Positions 28,926 through 37,152 of a stretch of DNA of 43,789 nt are shown one piece after another. Each line of letters opens with the position of its first letter. Position 1 is the stretch's first letter. The stretch covers positions 1-43,789 of the forward strand of contig DATCQG010000212.1 of the NCBI GenBank assembly GCA_036569625.1, given 5' to 3'. The notes beneath the pieces were generated by a model. The model was given only the letters and a program-made list of their open reading frames with translations. It ran no database searches and had not been told where the DNA came from. Source of the DNA: Dermatophilaceae bacterium (GTDB lineage: Bacteria; Actinomycetota; Actinomycetes; Actinomycetales; Dermatophilaceae). A program made the translations under genes and the position numbers.

Positions 28926-30757
28926 CCAGCACGGTTCGTGACGAGCACACAGACCTCTCCCTCATCGAGCAGCGAGCCCGTTCGGTGGCGCATCTGTTCG
29001 TGGAGCGGGTGTCCAGGACGCCGACGGCAGAGGCCTTCCGCTTTCCTCGGGGCGCATCCTGGGAGTCCGTCACCTGGGCGCAGACGGATGCCCGCGTCCG
29101 CCAGATGGCAGCCGGTCTGGTGGTCCTGGGCATCGAGTCCGAGCAACGCGTGGCCCTCGCGTCGAGCACTCGCTATGAGTGGGTGCTCGCCGACCTGTCA
29201 GTGATGCTGGCGGGTGCGGCGACGACCACCATCTATCCCACGACGTCCGAGTCCGACGTCACCTACATCGCGCGCGACTCCCAGAGCCGCATCGTGTTCG
29301 CCGAGGACGACGCACAGATCGCCAAGCTCCGTGCCAACCGCTCCCAGCTGCCGGACGTGGTCAAGGTCGTCACCTTCGACGGCGCCGCTGACGGCGACTG
29401 GGTGATCTCCCTGGCTGATCTCGAGCAGCTGGGCGCCGCTCACCTGGCGCAGGCTCCGACGGTGGTCGATGAGCGGATCGCCGCCATCGAGCCGCAACAT
29501 CTCGCCACGCTCATCTATACCTCCGGAACCACGGGACGGCCCAAGGGAGTTCGCCTCTCCCACGACTGCTGGACCTATGAGGCCGCGGCGATCGACGCCA
29601 TCGGCATCCTGACCCAGGACGACCTCCAGTACCTCTGGCTGCCGCTGGCGCACGTGTTCGGCAAGGTGCTGCTCACCCTCCCGCTCCAGATCGGGTTCCC
29701 GACAGCTGTTGACGGTCGGGTGGACAAGATCGTGGAGAACCTGGCCGTCGTCTCGCCGACCTTCATGGGAGCTGCTCCGCGCATCTTCGAGAAGGCGTAC
29801 GGCCGGATCGTGACCATGATGAACGCCGAGGGCGGTCTGAAGGCCAGGCTCTTCGACTGGGCTATCGGCGTCGGCCGTCAGGTCTCCGTCATGCGTGCTG
29901 ACGGGGTCAAGGCCTCCGGTCTCCTGGCCGTTCAGCACGCGCTGGCAGACCGGTTGGTCCTGCACAAGGTCCGCGCCCGTTTCGGTGGCAGGATCCGCTT
30001 CTTCATCTCCGGCTCGGCGGCACTCAACCGCGATGTTGCGGCCTGGTTCGACGCCGCCGGCATGCTCATCCTCGAGGGCTACGGCCTGACCGAGTCCAGC
30101 GCTGCGTCTTTCGTCAACCGTCCGGACGCCTACTCCTTCGGCAGCGTCGGCTGGGTGGTTCCGGGCACCGAGGTCCGGATTGCGCAGGACGGGGAGGTCC
30201 TGCTCAAGGGCCCAGGAATCATGGCCGGATACCACAACCTTCCCGAGGCCTCCGCCGAGTCGCTGGACGGCGATGGATGGCTGCACACCGGGGACATCGG
30301 CAACCTCGACGAGCGTGGCTTCCTGCGGATCACCGACCGCAAGAAGGACCTGTTCAAGACCTCTGGGGGCAAGAACGTCGCCCCATCTGCCATCGAGTCG
30401 ATCTTCATGGGGGTGTGCCCCTATGCCAGTGCGCTCATCGTCCATGGTGAAGGGCGCAACTTCGTGTCTGCACTGGTCACCCTCGACCCTGACGCGATGG
30501 CGGGCTGGGCGGCCGAGAACACCATGTCCGGCTTGTCGTACGAAGAGCTCGTCGGCTCACCGGAGGTGCGCGAGATGGTTCAGGGCTACATCGACGCGCT
30601 CAACGCCCAGCTCAACCCCTGGGAGAGGGTCAAGAAGTTCCTCATCCTGTCGCGGGACCTCTCCATCGAGGACGGCGACCTCACCCCGAGCATGAAGCTC
30701 AAGCGCAGGGTCGTTGCCAGGAAGTACAAGGATGAGCTGGACTCGCTCTACCCTTGA
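28922..30757 (+). CDS. Long-chain acyl-CoA synthetase (AMP-forming, FadD15-like size class)
   Basis: GTGA overlap with the ribF stop. Adenylation motifs LIYTSGTTGRPKGV, EGYGLTESS, WLHTGDIG and TPSMKLKRR. Confidence 0.85.
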   Translation: MTSTVRDEHTDLSLIEQRARSVAHLFVERVSRTPTAEAFRFPRGASWESVTWAQTDARVRQMAAGLVVLGIESEQRVALASSTRYEWVLADLSVMLAGAATTTIYPTTSESDVTYIARDSQSRIVFAEDDAQIAKLRANRSQLPDVVKVVTFDGAADGDWVISLADLEQLGAAHLAQAPTVVDERIAAIEPQHLATLIYTSGTTGRPKGVRLSHDCWTYEAAAIDAIGILTQDDLQYLWLPLAHVFGKVLLTLPLQIGFPTAVDGRVDKIVENLAVVSPTFMGAAPRIFEKAYGRIVTMMNAEGGLKARLFDWAIGVGRQVSVMRADGVKASGLLAVQHALADRLVLHKVRARFGGRIRFFISGSAALNRDVAAWFDAAGMLILEGYGLTESSAASFVNRPDAYSFGSVGWVVPGTEVRIAQDGEVLLKGPGIMAGYHNLPEASAESLDGDGWLHTGDIGNLDERGFLRITDRKKDLFKTSGGKNVAPSAIESIFMGVCPYASALIVHGEGRNFVSALVTLDPDAMAGWAAENTMSGLSYEELVGSPEVREMVQGYIDALNAQLNPWERVKKFLILSRDLSIEDGDLTPSMKLKRRVVARKYKDELDSLYP

Positions 30758-30761
30758 GCGC

Positions 30762-32780
30762 ATGCCCGAAGGCTTTCGCAGGACCGATCCCCCCGGCGCT
30801 TCCCTCTTTGCGCGCCTCGAGCCGCTGCTGGAGCAGGTGAGCAAACCTATCCAATACGTCGGCGGTGAGCTCAACTCCACTGTCAAGGACTGGGACTGCG
30901 GGGGATTCGGCCCCGACGGTCAGGAGCTGACCGCACGCTGGGCCCTGATGTACCCCGACGCCTACGAGGTCGGCTTGCCCAACCAGGGCGTCATGATCCT
31001 GTACGAGGTGATCAACGAACGCCCTGATGCCCTCGCCGAGCGGACGTATTCCGTGTGGCCGGACATGGAGGCGCTGCTTCGCAGCGAGGGGGTCCCGGCA
31101 TTCACCGTGGACGGGCACCGTGCGTTGCGGGACTTCGACCTGTTCGGCGTCTCGTTCTCCACCGAGCTCGGCTACACGAACCTGCTGACCGCACTGGACC
31201 TTGCCGGCATACCTCTGCACGCACGCGACCGAGGCGACGAGGACCCTATCGTCATCGCGGGGGGGCATGCGGCGTTCAACCCCGAGCCGGCATCAGACTT
31301 CATCGACGCTGCGATCGTGGGCGATGGCGAGCAGGCGGTCCTCGAGGTGACCGACCTGCTCACGGCGTGGAAGGCGCAGGGTCGTCCCGGTGGTCGCCAC
31401 GAGCTGCTTCTCCGGCTGGCGCGCACGGGCGGGGTCTACGTTCCTGCCTTCTACAAGGTCGACTACTTTCCCGACGGCCGGATCAGGCGGGTGGCCCCCT
31501 CGGCCCAGGAGGGTGGTGTGCCGTGGCGCATCTCCAAGCACACCGTCATGGATCTGGATGCGTGGCCCTACCCCAAGGCGCCTCTGGTGCCGTTGGCCGA
31601 GAGTGTTCACGAGCGGATGTCGGTCGAGATATTCCGCGGCTGCACCCGTGGATGCCGCTTCTGCCAGGCTGGCATGATCACCCGCCCGGTTCGTGAGAGG
31701 TCTATCACCGGCATCGGTGAGATGGTCGAAAAGGGTTTGGCAGCAACGGGATTCGAAGAGGTCGGGCTTCTTTCGCTATCCAGCGCAGACCACTCCGAGA
31801 TCGCCGAGATCGCCAAGGGCCTGGCCGACCGCTATGAAGGCACCCAGACCGGTCTGTCGCTGCCGTCGACCCGCGTGGACGCCTTCAACATCGACCTGGC
31901 CAACGAGCTGACCCGGGGCGGGCGACGCTCCGGTCTGACGTTCGCTCCCGAGGGCGGCTCCGAGCGCCTGCGCAGGGTCATCAACAAGATGGTCACCGAG
32001 GACGACCTGATCAAGACGGTTGCCGCTGCCTACTCGGCCGGCTGGCGTCACGTGAAGCTGTACTTCATGTGTGGCCTGCCCACCGAGACCGACGAGGATG
32101 TGCTGCAGATCGCCGACCTGGCCAAACGGGTCATCGACACAGGGCGCCGGGTCAGCGGCCAGCGTGACATCCGCTGCACAGTGTCGGTCGGTGGCTTCGT
32201 GCCCAAGCCTCACACGCCCTTCCAGTGGTGCGCGCAGCTTGGCGCCCCGGAGACCGATGCGCGGTTGCGGATCCTCAGGGAGGCGATCCGGTCCGACAAG
32301 CGCTACGCGTCGGCCATCGGGTTCCGTTACCACGATGGCGAGCCCGGCATCGTCGAAGGGCTGCTGTCCCGCGGTGACCGTCGCGTCGGTGCGGTCATCG
32401 AGGCGGCATGGCGTGACGGCGCCCGCTTCGACGGCTGGAGCGAGCACTTCAGCTACGAGCGCTGGATGCGTTGTGCCGAGACGGCTCTGGTGCAAGAGCC
32501 CGTGGATGTGGCCTGGTACACAACCCGGGAGCGCGAGCAGAACGAGGTGCTGCCCTGGGACCACCTCGACTCCGGGCTGGACAAGGAGTGGCTGTGGCAG
32601 GACTGGCAGAGCGCGCTGGACGACGGCGAGGTGGAGGACTGCCGGTGGACCCCGTGTTTCGACTGTGGGGTATGTCCGCAGACGAACACTGAGATCGAGA
32701 TCGGGCCCACCGGCAAGCGACTCCTACCGCTGACTGTTGTGACCGCCGGGCGTCAGGCCTTGCTGGCGAACCAGGGGTGA
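30762..32780 (+). CDS. Uncharacterised radical SAM protein with an N-terminal B12-binding-like domain (TIGR03960-like)
   Basis: ATG 30762 lies 4 nt after the acyl-CoA ligase stop. CxxxCxxC cluster FRGCTRGCRFCQAG (Cys codons 31641-31664). About 670 aa, positioned upstream of a DUF2344 gene and rne as recalled for this family. Confidence 0.8.
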   Translation: MPEGFRRTDPPGASLFARLEPLLEQVSKPIQYVGGELNSTVKDWDCGGFGPDGQELTARWALMYPDAYEVGLPNQGVMILYEVINERPDALAERTYSVWPDMEALLRSEGVPAFTVDGHRALRDFDLFGVSFSTELGYTNLLTALDLAGIPLHARDRGDEDPIVIAGGHAAFNPEPASDFIDAAIVGDGEQAVLEVTDLLTAWKAQGRPGGRHELLLRLARTGGVYVPAFYKVDYFPDGRIRRVAPSAQEGGVPWRISKHTVMDLDAWPYPKAPLVPLAESVHERMSVEIFRGCTRGCRFCQAGMITRPVRERSITGIGEMVEKGLAATGFEEVGLLSLSSADHSEIAEIAKGLADRYEGTQTGLSLPSTRVDAFNIDLANELTRGGRRSGLTFAPEGGSERLRRVINKMVTEDDLIKTVAAAYSAGWRHVKLYFMCGLPTETDEDVLQIADLAKRVIDTGRRVSGQRDIRCTVSVGGFVPKPHTPFQWCAQLGAPETDARLRILREAIRSDKRYASAIGFRYHDGEPGIVEGLLSRGDRRVGAVIEAAWRDGARFDGWSEHFSYERWMRCAETALVQEPVDVAWYTTREREQNEVLPWDHLDSGLDKEWLWQDWQSALDDGEVEDCRWTPCFDCGVCPQTNTEIEIGPTGKRLLPLTVVTAGRQALLANQG

Positions 32781-33406
32781 CGCAGGTCCAGGTAGGTCAC
32801 GTCCTTCATCTGGGCCATCTCCTCATCCCACGCCTGGCGCATCTCGGCGGGCATCTCCTTGCCTTCACCCTCATGGGCAGCCTCCTCGCTGCGGAAGGCG
32901 ATGGTCTCGGTGAATCGGCCGTCCGGCTCTATCGCGATGGAGCCGCCGATGATCTCTGGCCGGGCCTGTTGGAGCATGTCCATGGGCAGCTCCATGAACC
33001 TTCGGAACCGCTCAGGATCTTCAACCCGGCCCTGCATGACCTGGACGAACCCCGCATCGTCCGAGCCGCCGTCGAGGAACATCATCGCCTCGTCACAGTC
33101 GTGGAACGTCACGTCACCGTCGAAGCACTTTTCGGTCTCCGCCCACCACGCGCCCTGTTCGGGGCGAACCGAGTTGCGGGCTGCGGCCTCCTTCGACTCG
33201 AACCGGACCACTCCGATGAACCGGTTGTCGTCGGTAACGCCGTACGTCCCGCCGAGCCAGCCCTCCGCCTTTGGCGCCTGCTCCTTGCGCCACATTTCCG
33301 TCTGCCGGCGCAGACCGTCCGCGTCACGGCACATGCCTTGCATGATCTGGATGAACACCTCGTAAGCCTCCGTTCCGGTGGGTCGCTTCGCCCTGAAGTG
33401 GCCCAT
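32753..33406 (-). CDS. Hypothetical protein made of two tandem homologous ~95-aa domains (possibly dimeric alpha+beta barrel / ABM-like)
   Basis: High G/C third-position bias in this frame. The halves align: VFIQIMQGMCRDADGLRR...RFIGVVRFESKEAAARNS... versus GFVQVMQGRVEDPERFRR...RFTETIAFRSEEAAHEGE... The 3' end overlaps the radical SAM gene by 28 nt. Confidence 0.6.
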   Translation of the reverse strand: MGHFRAKRPTGTEAYEVFIQIMQGMCRDADGLRRQTEMWRKEQAPKAEGWLGGTYGVTDDNRFIGVVRFESKEAAARNSVRPEQGAWWAETEKCFDGDVTFHDCDEAMMFLDGGSDDAGFVQVMQGRVEDPERFRRFMELPMDMLQQARPEIIGGSIAIEPDGRFTETIAFRSEEAAHEGEGKEMPAEMRQAWDEEMAQMKDVTYLDLRHPWFASKA

Positions 33407-33412
33407 CGACCG

Positions 33413-33418
33413 ACGGTA
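33413..33418 (-). promoter_or_regulatory. Putative -10 box (TACCGT on the minus strand) for a leaderless transcript of the 32753..33406 gene
   Basis: The minus strand reads TACCGT-CGGTCG-ATG, so the hexamer ends 6 nt before the start codon. No Shine-Dalgarno is present. Confidence 0.35.
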
Positions 33419-33444
33419 CGCCGGGCCGTGGCGGTTGTCATCGG

Positions 33445-33450
33445 TATCCT
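33445..33450 (+). promoter_or_regulatory. Putative -10 box (TATCCT) for a leaderless transcript of the DUF2344 gene
   Basis: TATCCT-CGCGTC-ATG(33457). No Shine-Dalgarno is present. Fits the TANNNT consensus of actinobacterial promoters. Confidence 0.4.
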
Positions 33451-33456
33451 CGCGTC

Positions 33457-34203
33457 ATGGCAAGAACTCCCGATGGTCCTCCTCCGGCCCCGGCGGTCCA
33501 GAAGCTCCGGGTGCGTTACGCCAAGCGCGGTCGGCTGAGGTTCTCCTCGACGCGGGACTTCCAGCGGGCCCTCGAGCGCGCCCTGCGCAGGGCAGCAGTC
33601 CCCATGGCCTTCTCCGCCGGCTTCCACCCTCACCCGAAGATCTCCTACGCCAACGCGGCACCGACCGGGACGGCCAGTGAGGCCGAGTACTTCGAGATCT
33701 CCGTGACCCAGCGGGTCGACCCCGGGCGGGTTCGGGCGGCACTGGACGAAGCGCTTCCCGATGGGCTGGACGTTCTCGAGGTGGTCGAAGCGGTCCCTGG
33801 GGCCCTCGCTGATCGACTCCAGGCCAGCGACTGGGTCATGGAGTTCCGGGGTATGCCGGTCGAGAGCCTCGCGAATGCGGTGGGGCAGCTGCTGGCGCGG
33901 GAACGGGTCGAGGTCACCCGGGTAATGAAGAATGGTCTGCGCACCTTCGATGTCCGCAGTGCCGTCGTGTCGATGGACACTTCGGCTTCGAAGAACGGCA
34001 GGTGTGCGATACTGAGGACGGTCGTACGGCATACCACACCCGTCGTGCGCCCCGATGACGTTCTCAGCGCGCTGCAATCAGTCGCTGCACTCACGCCGCC
34101 GAGTCCACCCTTGGTGACCCGGCTGGCGCAAGGGCCGCTGAGCACCGCAACCGCGACGGTGGCCGATCCTTTGGCTGCCGACCAGGACGTCGACGGCAGC
34201 TGA
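33457..34203 (+). CDS. DUF2344 (TIGR03936-like) radical-SAM-associated protein
   Basis: Motif KLRVRYAKRGRLRFSSTRDFQRALERALRRAAVPMAFSAGFHPHPKISYANAAPTGTASEAEYFEI. Its position immediately upstream of rne is as recalled for this family. Confidence 0.75.
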   Translation: MARTPDGPPPAPAVQKLRVRYAKRGRLRFSSTRDFQRALERALRRAAVPMAFSAGFHPHPKISYANAAPTGTASEAEYFEISVTQRVDPGRVRAALDEALPDGLDVLEVVEAVPGALADRLQASDWVMEFRGMPVESLANAVGQLLARERVEVTRVMKNGLRTFDVRSAVVSMDTSASKNGRCAILRTVVRHTTPVVRPDDVLSALQSVAALTPPSPPLVTRLAQGPLSTATATVADPLAADQDVDGS

Positions 34204-34365
34204 GGTGGTGACGCGCGATCAAGCGCGAGCTCCCAGTTGTAGCGATACGACTTCCGTCCCGCCCGCCCATCGCGGGAGACGGCGCTAACCGTGCACCGTG
34301 CGGCGATGAGGGCTACCTGGCCAGGGTGTGGTTGTCGCCCCATGGGTAAAGGGAGGACGCCCCAC

Positions 34366-37032
34366 ATGGCATCCAACGAAGACAACACATCCAACGAGCT
34401 CAGTACGCCGGTGAAAAGGGCCGCAGCCAAACGGGCTCCCCGCAAGGCCACCAAGAAGGCCAGCACACCCAAGAAGGCTGCACCCGTCGAGGTCACAGTT
34501 TCGAGCGAGCCGGCCGAGCCCAAGACGCCGGCCCGCAAGACGGCCAAGCGGGCTCCTCGCAAGACCGCCAAGAAAGCCGCCTCTGCTGTTGCACCCGCGG
34601 CTGCAGCCGCACTCTTTGATGCCGAGCCAGCGGCCACAGCAACTCCGACCGCCGCCGTGGTCCCGGGGTTCGGACTGCTTTTCCAGGCGCCAGAGCCCAC
34701 CGAAGCACCTCGTCGCCGCAGGGCCAGCGCCCCTGCAGCGGCGCCAGAGCCTGCGCCGGTCCATGCTCCCAAGAACGCAGTCGCCGAGCAGGGTGCTGAA
34801 ACGAAGGCGGAAGGCACCGACGACGCCGACGACTCCGGAGCCGATGGGTCGCGCCACCGCCGTCGTCGCGGTGGCAAGGGTCGCAGGGGACGCGCTGGTG
34901 GCGAAGCCGGCGCCGAAGAGTCCGGGCCCGACAGCAGTGCGACGTCGGACGAGGCCGCAGCCGCATCCACCGACCAGCCGCCCACTGATGCCGAGGCCCC
35001 TGACGAGGAAGGCGCGAGCCACCGTCGAACCCGCCGTCGCCGCCGTGGCGCCTCTGGCGACACCGAGGACTCACCCAGCACCACGACCCGTGTCAGGGAA
35101 CCGCGCCAGCAGCACGATGAGGTCACCGCGATCAAGGGGTCGACCCGGCTGGAGGCCAAGAAGCAGCGTCGTCGTGAGGGCCGTGAATCGGGGCGTCGTC
35201 GCACGGTGATCACCGAGGCGGAGTTCCTGGCCCGGCGTGAGAGCGTTGAGCGCGTCATGGTGGTTCGCCACAAGGAGGACCGCACCCAGATCGGCGTTCT
35301 CGAGGACGGTGTCCTGGTCGAGCACTACGTGTCCCGCGAGGTCAACGCCTCGATGGCCGGCAACGTCTACCTCGCCCGGATCCAGAACGTCCTGCCGAGC
35401 ATGGAGGCCGCTTTCGCCGACATCGGCAGGGGCCGCAACGCCGTGCTGTATGCCGGTGAGGTCAACTGGGATGCCGCAGCCCTGGAGAACAACCGTGCCA
35501 GGCGGATCGAGAACGCGCTCAGCTCGGGGCAGAGCGTCCTCGTCCAGGTCACGAAGGACCCCATCGGGCACAAGGGCGCCCGGCTGACATCACAGATCTC
35601 GTTGCCAGGCCGCTACCTGGTTTACGTGCCGGACGGCAACATGATGGGCATCTCCCGCAAGCTCCCTGACACCGAGCGGGCCCGTCTGAAAAAGATCCTG
35701 CGCGAAGTCGTCCCTGACAACGCCGGTGTCATCGTGCGTACGGCGGCCGAGGGTGCCAGCGAGGACGAGCTCCGCGCAGACGTGGCGCGGCTGACGGCCG
35801 CGTGGGAAGAGATCAAGAAGAAGAGCAAGAGCGCCAACGCCCCGACACTCTTGCACGGCGAGCCCGACCTCACTGTCCGGGTCATCCGCGACGTGTTCAA
35901 CGAGGACTTCGCCAGCCTGATCGTCTCCGGCGACCCCGCGTGGGAGACCGTGAACGGATATGTCAACACAGTGGCGCCCGATCTGGCCGACCGGATCCAG
36001 AAGTGGACCGGCGAACAGGACCTCTTCACGCACTACCGCGTCAACGAGCAGATTGCCAAGGCCATGGACCGCAAGGTCTGGCTGCCCTCTGGCGGTTCAC
36101 TGGTCATCGACCGGACCGAGGCGATGACGGTGATCGACGTCAACACCGGCAAGTTCGTCGGCTCGGGTGGCAACCTCGAGGAGACCGTCACCAAGAACAA
36201 CATCGAGGCGGCCGAGGAGATCGTTCGTCAGCTGCGGCTGCGTGACATCGGCGGCATCATCGTCATCGACTTCATCGACATGGTGCTCGAGAGCAACCGC
36301 GACCTCGTCGTGCGCCGGATGCTGGAGTGCCTGGGACGGGACCGGACCAAGCATCAGGTCGCCGAGGTGACCTCGCTGGGTCTGGTGCAGATGACCCGAA
36401 AGCGGGTCGGCGGCGGCCTGATCGAGGTCTTCTCGGAGACCTGTGAGCACTGCAACGGCCGTGGCTTCATCATCAGCGCAGACCCGATCGACGAACCTGC
36501 AGCAGGCAACGGCTCGAGCGGCGACAACGGTCCCAGCGGCTCAGGCGGCTCGAGCGAAGCCGGTAGCCGCGGGCGTCGTGCGCGGGGGAGCGGCCGCGAT
36601 ACAGCCGTCGCCGCCCCGTCGGAGCCCAAGGTGACGCCAGAGGGGCCCACGCCGGCCCAGATCGCGGCGGCGGCGATCGCTGCTGCTATCCACGCCGCAT
36701 CCCACCCGGAGTCGGCCGCCCCGGTCAACGAGCAGCCGATCGACCAGCCTCTGGACGTTTCGGTCGACGCGGCCGAGCCCGCTTCTCCTGTCAGGTCGAG
36801 GCGCCGGTCCCGGTCGGCGAAGTCGCCTGCTGTCTCGGTTGAGCCCGTTGTCGTGGAGCCCGTTGTCGTGGAGCCCATCGTCGCCCCGCCCGAGCCCGCC
36901 ACGACTGCCACAGTGCCCCAGGTGGCAACACCTGCGGCGCACGGTCGTCGCAAGCGCGCCCGCGTCATGGCCCCGGCTGGACCTCCCCCCGCAGTCACCG
37001 AGGCTCCCGCCAACAGTGAGTTTGATTCATAG
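34366..37032 (+). CDS. rne: Ribonuclease E/G-family endoribonuclease (actinobacterial RNase E with disordered N- and C-terminal arms)
   Basis: GGGAGGA precedes ATG 34366. S1 domain GNVYLARIQNVLPSMEAAFADIG, catalytic TVIDVNTGKF and GIIVIDFIDM, Zn-link CEHCNGRGF. The flanks are K/R/A/P/E-rich low-complexity sequence. Confidence 0.92.
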   Translation: MASNEDNTSNELSTPVKRAAAKRAPRKATKKASTPKKAAPVEVTVSSEPAEPKTPARKTAKRAPRKTAKKAASAVAPAAAAALFDAEPAATATPTAAVVPGFGLLFQAPEPTEAPRRRRASAPAAAPEPAPVHAPKNAVAEQGAETKAEGTDDADDSGADGSRHRRRRGGKGRRGRAGGEAGAEESGPDSSATSDEAAAASTDQPPTDAEAPDEEGASHRRTRRRRRGASGDTEDSPSTTTRVREPRQQHDEVTAIKGSTRLEAKKQRRREGRESGRRRTVITEAEFLARRESVERVMVVRHKEDRTQIGVLEDGVLVEHYVSREVNASMAGNVYLARIQNVLPSMEAAFADIGRGRNAVLYAGEVNWDAAALENNRARRIENALSSGQSVLVQVTKDPIGHKGARLTSQISLPGRYLVYVPDGNMMGISRKLPDTERARLKKILREVVPDNAGVIVRTAAEGASEDELRADVARLTAAWEEIKKKSKSANAPTLLHGEPDLTVRVIRDVFNEDFASLIVSGDPAWETVNGYVNTVAPDLADRIQKWTGEQDLFTHYRVNEQIAKAMDRKVWLPSGGSLVIDRTEAMTVIDVNTGKFVGSGGNLEETVTKNNIEAAEEIVRQLRLRDIGGIIVIDFIDMVLESNRDLVVRRMLECLGRDRTKHQVAEVTSLGLVQMTRKRVGGGLIEVFSETCEHCNGRGFIISADPIDEPAAGNGSSGDNGPSGSGGSSEAGSRGRRARGSGRDTAVAAPSEPKVTPEGPTPAQIAAAAIAAAIHAASHPESAAPVNEQPIDQPLDVSVDAAEPASPVRSRRRSRSAKSPAVSVEPVVVEPVVVEPIVAPPEPATTATVPQVATPAAHGRRKRARVMAPAGPPPAVTEAPANSEFDS
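36841..36885 (+). repeat. 15-bp tandem repeat (2 perfect copies plus 1 degenerate) inside the rne 3' region, encoding EPVVV-EPVVV-EPIVA
   Basis: gagcccgttgtcgtg gagcccgttgtcgtg gagcccatcgtcgcc. Confidence 0.9.
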
Positions 37033-37152
37033 GCTGCCGAACACGTAGTCTGACCCCTTGGTGCGCCCACCGTGCCCGTGTCTCCCCGGAGACTATGTGC
37101 CGGTTGCCAGAGGCCACCAGCCCCCGAACAAACGTAAGAGAGTGAGCTCAAC

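Noticed and set aside
33645-35285. 546-aa minus-strand ORF (also 36354..37151 and 34285..35022)
   Set aside because: It is antisense to the DUF2344 gene and to the low-complexity arms of rne. The product is almost pure S/A/R/P repeats, an artefact of the GC-rich repetitive coding strand.
37033-37152. Possible ribosomal-protein leader or terminator between rne and rplU
   Set aside because: Only short stems (GTCTC-CCCG-GAGAC, GGTG-CGCC-CACC) are visible, with no U-tract. I cannot match them to a known L21-operon leader, so the evidence is insufficient to annotate.
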